A DNA stretch of 34,371 bases from positions 1 through 34,371 of the forward strand of contig NW_021831706.1 in assembly GCF_006345805.1 (NCBI RefSeq), read 5' to 3'. Shown here piece after piece: positions 1 through 9,267 of this stretch. The notes under the pieces are model-generated. The model was given only the letters and a program-made list of their open reading frames with translations. It made no database searches and was not told where the DNA came from. Every line of letters begins with the position of its first letter. Position 1 is the stretch's first letter. The stretch is from Octopus sinensis (lineage: Eukaryota). The position numbers were made by a program, and so were the translations under genes.

Positions 1-448
1 AGAAAAAACACTCCACAGATGACTGCATAAGCATCATACGTAAGGATAAACTATTATCTGCATTTCGGAAATAGTATAGAAAGTACCCTTATATGAAAAG
101 TACATATCTGAATTACTAAGAGCAAATATCTTTACTTAGCTGGGTTGCGTAATCTGCACACACGACAGGAATATTATGTAGAAACACACCTTACACGAAG
201 TTTTGATATTCAATATTCAGATATTTTTAAGGTGCGTGGACTATACCGAACTAGCAAGGTGTCTCAATTTAATTACCTAATTCAGCTGGAACTTAATTAC
301 ATTTTATATGTGTATATATGTACATATAAAAGTTTAGAGGGATATGTTATCTAGGCGAATATCGTGGAAGCTCTCAAGTATGTTCCAGATTGCGGCTAAC
401 AGCATCGATTAATATTAACTTCTTTGATTACTAGTAGTTGTCACTCAC

Positions 449-541
449 GCTGCAAATTCCTCCGAAGGGTTAATTCCGTGTTCAGGGAACGATAGATTAT
501 ACTAATCCCCACAAACGGTCTTGTTTTTACTTTCGGTGGGT
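449..541 (-). CDS. Candidate 93-nt host-gene exon (phase 1-1), product unknown
   Basis: Minus strand: TTCTCACTAG acceptor, open frame xPPKVKTRPFVGISIIYRSLNTELTLRRNLQ, donor GTGAGT at 448-443. No homology recognised. Confidence 0.25.
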
Positions 542-794
542 CTAGTGAGAATTGCATTCAGAACGCGTAGAGTTGTTCGCAAATACCATAATCATTTCAG
601 CGATGTTTTACCACTTCCATTAAATGCTTGGGTGTGTGTAGCGTTAGGAAAGTGTTTGTAGAGTGAGTATGAATGAATGCGAAAATTGTGACAGGGCTTT
701 TTGATCGAAATATTAATTCATTTCGACATTTTTCAAGCTGAAAAAAAAACAAGACGGTTTGTAGATAATGTTTAAAGGACGCAGTTGTATCTAT

Positions 795-798
795 TCTA

Positions 799-878
<80 letters not shown>

Positions 879-916
879 GGACAGATAGATAGATAGATGG
901 ATGGATAGATAGATAG
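795..916. repeat. (TATC)n directly followed by inverted (GATA)n microsatellite
   Basis: Direct reading of the sequence. Confidence 0.95.
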
Positions 917-1376
917 AAGTTTCTTTATTGGCCACACAGAGCTGCACACAGATGGGATAAGTTACAAGGTAGAGCTTTTCTTTTGGGGGATGAAAAAGGA
1001 ACAAAAAAACAAAAGAAACAAAAAAAAAGGTGTGGCGTAGGTTTCGATCAAGAGGGATCGTAAAAGGGAAGAAAAAAAAAGAAAAAAGAAAAAAGAAAAA
1101 TAAAAAAATAAAGGAAAAGGAACAAAAGAAAAGAGAAATGAAAAAGAAGGAAAAGGGGAAAAAAAGGGGAAGAGGAAAAAAACGATCAATAGGGATCGTG
1201 TATCACAGTGTTATGATATATGGTGTAAAGGGGAAAGCAAGTAAGGTTTATCCGTGGGAAAAAGCCTACGAAAAAGACCACGGTAACCTTGGTCAATATT
1301 GTTATATGTTACCACATTTGTTTGCAAGTGGGTAACCCTCTGTTTTCAATTTCTGGGTTCATAGGATTATGTTCAA
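917..1376 (-). mobile_element. 5'-truncated LINE 3' end/UTR (probably L1/Tx1-like) inserted in (GATA)n
   Basis: Minus strand begins with last codons ILNIIL*, has a pyrimidine-rich UTR, and ends AATAAAGAAACTT-(CTAT)n. GATGGATAGATAGATAG flanks both sides (900-916, 1377-1393). Clade assignment from memory. Confidence 0.55.
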
Positions 1377-1380
1377 GATG

Positions 1381-1430
<50 letters not shown>

Positions 1431-1459
1431 GAGAGAGATAGATAGATAGATGGATATAT

Positions 1460-1524
<65 letters not shown>

Positions 1525-2039
1525 GTCAGATCTTACATCATCACCTGGACTAACTTTCCCACGTTACAAGATCATTAAGTCAAATGATTTATAAGAGTTT
1601 AAACGAAAACATCTTCCAGTTAAATATTAAAACTAAATCCTGAAGACCTGAATAATTGCTGCACTCAAGTGCGTACGGATTCGAATGGTTGGAATTTAGG
1701 AAATAGAAATTCAATCATAGAATTAAACGCGAGGAAGTGGAATTTGGTGTTGATTCCAAAATGTGTACGAACTGGAACTAATACTCTTCCGTAAACGGAA
1801 GTGGCACTGTGTTACTCTGGTATAGTGTTACCTATTACTATGTACAATAGTACGTGAGTACTCGTATACATAAAGCGCCCTTCCCATTATATGTATGTAT
1901 GTATATGTACACACACATATACATAAACATATATATACATATATATATATAATGTATATATACACACAAGAACACGCACACATATAATAATATATATATA
2001 TATATATATATATGTACTGTATATGTATATTGTACTGTA

Positions 2040-2085
<46 letters not shown>

Positions 2086-2294
2086 CTGTATATTGTATGG
2101 TGTACTGTATATATATATATATATATATATGTGTGTTTGTGTGTGTGTGTGGTATGTGTGTGTGTGTGTGTGCGTGTGGGTGTGGGTGTGCGTGCGCACG
2201 AGCGTGTGTGCGCGTTTCCATACGCGTGCGTGGGTCTCTGTGTATATGTACATGTTTGTGTATGTGTGTGTGTGCTTGTGTATGTCGTTGGGGG

Positions 2295-2520
2295 CGCTTT
2301 ATTCTTTACTATTTCAATCACTTGATGAGGCCATGCTGCAGCACGGCCTTCAAAAGATTCACTCGAAAGAACCGATCTCAGTATTTATTTCTTTTAAGGC
2401 CGGATTCTTATTCTATCGGCTTTCTTTTACCGAACCGCTAAGCTCTAGGGACATAAATAAACCAAACCCGGTAGTCAAACGACGGGGAGAAGCAAACTCA
2501 AACACAAAAAGATACACAAA
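2295..2520 (-). mobile_element. Degenerate 3' half of SINE family A
   Basis: Aligns by eye with 3525-3725 and 11213-11420 (GGCCATGCTG, TTATTCTATCGG, GAACCGCTAAG). Confidence 0.7.
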
Positions 2521-2550
2521 CGCACATATACATATATAGATATATTAATA

Positions 2551-2722
2551 GGCGTAGGAGTGGCTGTGTGGTAAGTATCTTGTTTACGAACCACATGGTT
2601 CTGCGTTCAGTCCCACTGCGTAGCAAGTGTCTTCCACTATAGCCTCGGGCCAACAAAAACCAAAGCCTTGAGAGGGATTTGGTAGACGGAAACTGAAAGG
2701 ATCCCGTCGTATATATGTGTAT

Positions 2723-2753
<31 letters not shown>

Positions 2754-3225
2754 TATTATATATATATAGTATATAGATATATATAATATATGTAATGGTA
2801 CGTATGTGTATGTATGTATGTATGTATGTATGTATGTATGTATGTATGTCCGACAGATATGATTAGTATGGTGTGTTACACCACCACCTGTGGCCAGGTT
2901 GTCACTCATCTGTCTCGTTTTATGACTACGAAGATGACTCTTGAGTCCAGCTTTACTGAGGCAGGTTCTTGCACAGACATTGCATGTCAGCATCAAAGCT
3001 GGGCTAAAAATGTCATATTCGATCACAGCACCAGTAACAGTTAAGCTTCGTACAATGCTTAACTGTATGTATGTATGTATGTATGTATGTATGTATGTAT
3101 GTATGTATGTATGTATGTATGTATGTATGTATGTATGTATGTGTGTGTGTGTATATATGTTTATGTATCTGTGTTTCTCCCCCAACATGGCCACAGTCAA
3201 ATGACTGAAACAAGTAAAAGAGAGA
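2551..3225 (+). mobile_element. SINE family A (tRNA-like head 2551-2710, internal microsatellite, internally deleted 3' half about 3157-3225)
   Basis: A-box-like TGGCTGTGTGG and B-box-like GTTCAGTCCC. Near-identical heads at 3851-4014, 11545-11708 and 20631-20794. Confidence 0.85.
2850..3064 (-). mobile_element. RTE-clade LINE ORF C-terminal fragment (C2H2 zinc finger)
   Basis: Encodes CNVCARTCLSKAGLKSHLRSH, the CxxCxRxCxSxxGLxSHxRxH finger typical of RTE C-termini. Flanked on both sides by (TATG)n. Confidence 0.7.
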
Positions 3226-3274
3226 GAGAGAGAGCATATGTTTGTGTGCGTCTGTGAATGTATGTATGTATTCA

Positions 3275-3428
3275 ACGGGCTTCTTCGTTTTCTGTCTACC
3301 AAATCCACTCGCAAGGCTTTGGTCGGCTCAGGGCTATAGTAGTAGATATTTACTAAAGATACCATGCAATGGATCTGAACCCAGTACCATGTGGTTGAAA
3401 AGCAAATTTCTTATCACACTGCCACACA
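3275..3428 (-). mobile_element. Degenerate SINE A head
   Basis: Reverse-complement similarity to 2551-2710. Confidence 0.8.
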
Positions 3429-3524
3429 GTTGTAATATATTCAAATGGTTAAAAAGCCTGCATGTATACAGCTGTGTCTGTGTGCGCGTGCGCTTGTATT
3501 TGTTTAATTTTTCCGTTTTCTTTT

Positions 3525-4014
3525 TTATTCTTTTATTTGTTTCAGTCATTTGACTGCGGCCATGCTGGATCACCGCCTTTAGTCGAACAAATCGCCCCCA
3601 TACTTATTCTTTGTAAGCCTAGTACGTATTCTATCTGTCTCTTTTGCCGAACCGCTAAGTTACGGGGACGTGAACACACCAGCATTGGTTGTCAAGCGAC
3701 GGTGGGGAGGGGACAAATATAGACACACAAACATACTCACACACACACACACACATATTACTAATACAATTGTTTGTTTGTTTTCCACCTGCCTTCGTCT
3801 TTTGTCTATTTTCATAATGCTTCCCGTTATATATATATATATATATGTATACGACGGGCTTCTTTCAGTTTCCGTCTACCAAATCCACTCACAAAGATTT
3901 GGTCGGGCCGAGGCTATAGTCGAAGACACTTGCCCAAGGTGCCACGCAGTGAGACTGAACCTGGAACCATGTGGTTGGTAAGCAAGCTACTTACCACACA
4001 GCCACCCCTGCACC
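3525..4014 (-). mobile_element. Full-length SINE family A
   Basis: Head 3851-4014, central microsatellite, 3' half 3525-3725; collinear with 11213-11708 and 20631-21168. Confidence 0.9.
3760..3829 (+). mobile_element. About 65-bp retroposon 3' end fragment in (TA)n, copy 1
   Basis: Matches 9774-9834 and 29513-29576; all three share the fixed end CTTCCCGTTA-(TA)n. Confidence 0.8.
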
Positions 4015-4320
4015 TATGAATAATAATTGCAAGTCCGTCAAAATGTACCTGTTTTAGGCCGAAGACGTCACGCACATCAGGTCACGTTGATTTTGCCTGA
4101 CGATGCCTTCAGGTGGAACGAAGCAGATCTTGTCTGAGCTTTGGCTTATTTTCTCTGAGTCATTGAACTTATTAGCATTCACACTTCTAGCTTGAAGTTT
4201 TTATTCTAACTGACCTGACCGTATTCCCAAGAACTTATTGACCCTTAGATTACACCAGCACCCACACCACTCCACTCCACTCCATAGACTCACAGATACA
4301 CCCTGTTGATTTTAAATTTT

Positions 4321-4527
4321 AGCACAAAGCAAGCATGTTCGGGGAAGCGAGGTGGGGAGCAGTCAATTATATCGACCCTGATGTTCAACTGGTTCTTAAT
4401 TTATCGAACTCGAAAATATAAAATGCAAAGTCAACCCCGGTGCCATTTGAACTCGGAAAGTAAAAACGGCGGACGAAATGCTAAGTTTTTTGTCAGGTGT
4501 GGTAACGATTCTACCAGCTCGCCGCCT
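4321..4527 (-). mobile_element. Degenerate SINE family C
   Basis: Ends CCAGCTCGCCGCC like 12619-12849; retains TTTGAACTC (B box on the minus strand). Confidence 0.8.
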
Positions 4528-4742
4528 TAACTCATACACACTCCCTTACATACACGCACATGCACACATATACATATATTAATACGTGTATATGTATTCC
4601 ATGTACTTAAATATTTTATTTTAACTCATGTCCATTGTCCGGAAAGGAAGCGAGCGGAGCAAGAACACACACGAAAACGAAAAGTGTCGCTGAAGATGTC
4701 ACAGATGTGTAACGAAAGATAACCGAACATTTGAACAAATGT

Positions 4743-5150
4743 AACAATTGCAATCAGAAAAAAATATTTCTCAATCCGTTGGAGAAACATTTCCCTCATG
4801 GCCATATTTACAGGAATATTATCAATGCTAATTCACTTAAAATAAGGAACAATACGCATACGAGCATCGCCAACATCGTATATTCTACGAAGATGGATAC
4901 AAAAATTTAGAATTTAAACCATCAAAGTGTAGCTAATATAACACTGAGAAGCAATTGTTTCTCTTAAAGTGCGTGCACAATCAATAGAAACAGCCTGAAG
5001 AAATCTGTTCCATGTGCAGCCAGTGTCACATCAAATGTTCACTGAAATGGCATTGCTTGTATAGCTATGGCCGCAAACCAATTTAAAGGCTGGCTTCATA
5101 AGCATAACGATAGGTTTAGAAAATTCCCAAAAAGAATAGATATGAAAGTT
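4743..5150 (+). pseudogene. Decayed Penelope-like element fragment (RT thumb to GIY-YIG)
   Basis: From 4761 reads KIFLNPLEKHFPHGHIYRNIINANSLKI, matching RFKTILEKNFPSSHRYHKIISKKTVRI in the 30.6-kb ORF. Downstream SVPCAASVTSN...CIAMAANQFKGWLHKH matches a decayed IY...YVG..FKxRxxxH. Contains stops and frameshifts. Confidence 0.7.
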
Positions 5151-5404
5151 GTGTCTGTTAACTGTTTCTTGTAAATTGATTATACTCACTTTGCCATTAA
5201 TTGAAGACTTTTAGATAAACCGCCTGCGTATATGCAATAAAGCATGTGTGTGTGTGTGTGTGTGATATTCGTGTATATGGAGACAGATTCAAAGCGTTTG
5301 CGAGTGTCTGCTGATCTATATATAAATGTGTGAGAGTGTATAGATACGCACGCGTCCATCCATCCATCCATCCATCCATCTATCTATCTATCTGTCTGTC
5401 TGTA

Positions 5405-5479
<75 letters not shown>

Positions 5480-6174
5480 ATATATAATATATATAATAGA
5501 TATATATATACATATCTTTCTTCTCTCTCTCTCTCCTCTCTCTCTCTCTCTATTATATAATATTATATATATTATATACAATATATGTAGATATGCATAC
5601 ACACATATTTATATACGTATATACGTATATACTCACAGACACAGCATCCACCTCCATCATGTTTATAAATTATAAATACATACATACATACATGTTTGTG
5701 AAAAGTCACAACTATTTGATGTTTGGAATAGTTGATGCATTCTAAAGAAGGTAAGACTACCATGTCAAACCAGACACCGGTCCACGTGTATACTAATACT
5801 AAGATACATATAGCATCGTGAGCTATGTGAAAGATTTTCTTCGATCCGTTCGCCTTAATACTGTTGATTTTGTAATTATTTTCAGTGTTCTTACAGGTGG
5901 TTTAATGAGGGTTTTAACTCATCTCTAGCAGGCAGGCACATTCGTGTGCCCTTATGATTGATATCAATTCTAATCCTATAGCTATGTAATGCTAGTTTAG
6001 GCCTTGTAGGGAAGCGGTATTTCGTTATGCAACGATAATATACTATAAAAGTATATTGCGCTTTACATCACTTGTTAAGGTTAGTTCTGCAGATCTTGTG
6101 TAGAAATTATTGCCAGCACGGATTTTTGTTACGACGTCAAACAAACAATGAGATCAGAAATGAAAAAGGGGGTA

Positions 6175-6226
6175 ACGGGCGTGTATGTCATATTTCGGGA
6201 ATTTTCGCCCCTTCATCAGCACCCAT
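6175..6226 (-). ncRNA. Type I hammerhead ribozyme motif, U16.1 mutated to C
   Basis: AUGGGUG CUGAUGA A GGGG cgaaaau UCCC GAAA UAUG-A-CAUA C A CGCCCGU: stems I, II and a palindromic stem III all form. Confidence 0.75.
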
Positions 6227-6420
6227 CTTACCCCATAATTAATTCCGAACACATTGCTTAAATAGCGACTAAATACAGCAGTGTAAACATATTAAACACA
6301 TTCCTGGAAACTGGTGTGTAAACTTTGATGACTTGTAGGTTCGCGGTATATCCAGTAAGGTTACACTGCTGTATTTAGCGGCAATTTAAGCAATCAGTTC
6401 GTGGATGATTAAGGAGTTAG

Positions 6421-6473
6421 ACGGGTGCTAATGAAGGGGGGGAGGACTCCCGAAATATGGCAAATGCGCCCAT
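6421..6473 (+). ncRNA. Type I hammerhead ribozyme motif, G5 and position 17 mutated
   Basis: ACGGGUG CUAAUGA A GGG..CCC GAAA UAUG-G-CAAA U G CGCCCAU; inverted homologue of 6175-6226. Confidence 0.7.
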
Positions 6474-6578
6474 TATCTACTTCACATCTTCGATCTCATT
6501 GTTTGTTTTACATCTGAGGTCTTATGACCGAAACATTGTAACAACACACACTCACACAAACACACAAACACACACACA

Positions 6579-6609
<31 letters not shown>

Positions 6610-6634
6610 CGCACGCACACACACACACACATAC

Positions 6635-6720
6635 TTTATTAATAAAGCTGTGAAAATACCACAAAACCTGTTAATCAGAGTTTCATGTTTCTATTCGTCG
6701 GACAGTTTATCCGACGAACG
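6635..6720. mobile_element. Probable DNA-transposon/MITE end with a perfect 9-bp hairpin (6694-6718)
   Basis: TTCGTCGGA-cagttta-TCCGACGAA. A related diverged sequence lies in inverted orientation at 30020-30092. Confidence 0.45.
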
Positions 6721-7563
6721 GATATATACTAATAATAGTATATATATATATATATATATATATATACTATATATATACTATTATATTATATATATTGTAT
6801 AATATACTATTATACTATATATATACTATATATATAGTATATATATATCTACTATATATATACTAATATTAGTATATATAATAATATATACTAATAATAG
6901 TAATTCATAAAAGAGTAAAAGATTAAAAGATCAATTCCTTACGGCCGTTTCTGCCAAGAGGCTACGATACCCTCCACGGTAGCTCCATCTCTTCAGTGTC
7001 CTGTAGGGATGGGTAGATAGAGTTTGGATGTTGAGTGTGCCTCTAGGCTTCACCAGAAGGTTACTAGTATATATTTGTGTAGTACACAGCCTTTGCATGT
7101 GTATCTATTTTTATAATACTCCCTTTTGTTTTGAATTAAACAGACATAATAGAATGTCTTCCGGCTTATGTATGCCATTTTTGTATCCCTCCATTTTCTT
7201 CTTACCGTAAGGACTGTTTCAGCTAATTCGCGTATCGTCCTCGCCTTCGAACGCGGAGTAGATAAAACAGGGACAGCTGACGAAGGGGAATATTCTTTAC
7301 GTTGCATGTCTCTTTTCTCCGTTATTTTTCGTTGTTCGAAAACAAGTTCGTTTTCTATGTTTTTGTTTTTATGTTTTCATTTCTCATTGTGCATGTTATA
7401 TACCTATATATGTAGGTATATACACATATGTATGTATATATGCATAGATTTATATATTATTTATATTCTATGTTATGTATGTATGTATGTATGTATGTAT
7501 GTATGTATGTATGTATGTATGTATCTATCTATCTATCTATCTATCTATATATATATATATATA

Positions 7564-7640
7564 TAATACATAAATATGAGAGAGAATCCACTATGTGGAC
7601 ACCCTTACGCTAAAGAGTGGATTCTCATATTTATGTATTA
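7564..7640. repeat. Miniature foldback element (about 24-bp arms, 23-nt spacer)
   Basis: AATACATAAATATGAG(AGAG)AATCCACT at 7565-7592 and AGTGGATTCTCATATTTATGTATT at 7616-7639. Confidence 0.85.
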
Positions 7641-7799
7641 ATAATATTTACTGAATCTCAGTTTTTTATCCGCTAAACCACTGGTGTTAAATTGATGCTA
7701 TTAAATTAATATCCAATTTTTTTCACCCTCATTTTGACTATATATATATATATATATAATATATATATATATATAATATATATATATATATTATGATAT

Positions 7800-7921
7800 G
7801 TAGAAAATACAAACTGTGACAAGAACGCATAACACTTAGAAGACGATACAATAAACACAGACAGGACATTCGAAGCCCTCAGTCTTCAGTCAAGAACCGG
7901 ATCATCGTAGTAATGTGAGCA
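7800..7921 (-). mobile_element. Short unique insert between (TA)n arrays, possible PLE terminal fragment
   Basis: Bounded by (TA)n both sides; minus strand has CTGAAGA...CGAATGTC and a T-rich end. Family identity is inference. Confidence 0.35.
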
Positions 7922-8317
7922 CATATATATATATATATATATAATATATATATTATATATATATATATATATATACTCGTCAGTAAATCGTAAATCCGAA
8001 AAAGCAAGCTCTAAGTTATAGAGCAGTAGAATAATTATATAAAGATAGTTATACCCAAAGGTATATACACAACGGGGGAAGATTAAAGGTCACCGGCCTT
8101 TAGAGTCTGAAGAAACGTCAAACTCTCTCCCCTTTCACCCAACGTTAAGTTAATACGTTTCTTGTTGCCCTCACGTTAACCCTTTTTATTCGTTTGTCTG
8201 AGAATCGTTTGTTTATTCAAATTAACCATATATTTATATGTGTGTGTGTGTGCGTATGTGTGTGTGTGCGTGTGTGTGTGTTTGTGTATATGTATGTATG
8301 TATGTGTGGAAGTCTTG

Positions 8318-8525
8318 GTGTTTGTGTTTGTCCTTCACCCACCGCTGGATAATCGGTGTTAGTTTGTTTGCGTTCCCGTCAGTCGTCAGTTCGACATCAC
8401 AATCGACAGATTAAGCCAGAGATTAAAAAATAAAGTTGTGGGATCGATTTGTATGACTAAGCTCTTTAAGGCGATGCCCCAGCATCGCCGGAATCCGGCG
8501 ACTAAAGCAAGTTCAAGATAAAAGA
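8318..8525 (+). mobile_element. Highly degenerate 3' half of a SINE A-like element
   Basis: Collinear motifs TGTGTTTGTCC, GGGATCGATTTG, GGCGATGCCCCAGCAT, and tail GATAAAAG. Confidence 0.6.
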
Positions 8526-8854
8526 TGTACATATTGTATATATGTATATGTGTATATGTGTGTGTGAGAGTGTGTGTGAGAGAGCGTGTGCGCGTGTTTG
8601 TACATATACATACATGAGTGTGCATGTATTTATATAAATATAATGACGTACACACACGCACACACACACACACACATACACACATACATATATGCACATG
8701 CGTTTATATTTTCGCAAATACGAATAACAAACACGCACACACACACCAAACACATACACACACCAAACACACACACACACACACCAAACACATACACACA
8801 CAAAACACACACACACACCAAACACACCATATACAGCGCCCCCATATATATATA

Positions 8855-9267
8855 TATTTCTTTACTACACACAAGGGGCTAAACATAGATGGGACAAACA
8901 AGGACAGACAAAGGGATTAAATCGATTACATCGACCCCAGTGCGTTACTGATACTTAATTTATCGACCCCGAAAGGAGCAAAGGCAAAGTCGACCTCGGC
9001 GGAATTTGAACTCACAACGTAACGGCAGACGAAATACCTATTTCTTTATTACCCACAAGGGGCTAAACACAGAGGGGACAAACAAGGACAGACATAGGTA
9101 TTAAGTCGATTACATCGACCCCAGTTGCGTAACTGGTACTTAATTATCGACCCGAAAGGATGAAGGCAAAGTCGACCTCGGCGGAATTTGAACTCACAAC
9201 GTAACGGCAGACGAAATACCGCGAAGCATTTCGCTCGACGTGCTAACGTTTCTGCCAGCTCGCCGCC
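8855..9267 (-). mobile_element. SINE family C head-to-tail dimer (one head, two body+tail units)
   Basis: Units 8855-9038 and 9039-9220 are near-identical and joined at GAAATACC|TATTTCTTT; a single head occupies 9221-9267. Confidence 0.9.

Larger units (their letters stand above)
6126..6544. repeat. Long imperfect inverted repeat (arms about 6126-6286 and 6361-6544)
   Basis: Arms align as reverse complements (TAAATACAGCAGTGTAA, ATTGCTTAAAT, CATATTTCGGGA, GATCTCATTGTTTGTTT) with a 74-bp spacer. Confidence 0.9.

Noticed and set aside
962-1335. Lys-rich and Phe-rich ORFs
   Set aside because: They arise from the A/G-rich strand of a LINE 3' UTR and have no domain-like composition.
1828-2539. 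YI/HT/CV-repeat ORFs here and throughout the window
   Set aside because: Translations of (TA)n, (CA)n and (TATG)n microsatellites.
2551-2625. tRNA genes at SINE heads
   Set aside because: A/B-box-like motifs only; no complete cloverleaf, and they continue into SINE bodies.
4097-4130. CTGACGA...GAAG hammerhead candidate
   Set aside because: No GAAA and no stem I.
5184-5226. 34-nt minus-strand exon candidate (GGLSKSLQLMAK, GTGAGT donor)
   Set aside because: Weak polypyrimidine tract, very short, and expected by chance.
7270-7360. CTGACGA at 7277 with GAAA at 7338
   Set aside because: Stem II has mismatches and stem I does not pair; at best a very old relic of a PLE-like end.
7860-7895. Minus-strand CTGAAGA...CGAATGTC
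   Set aside because: Lacks A15.1 and a closable stem II.
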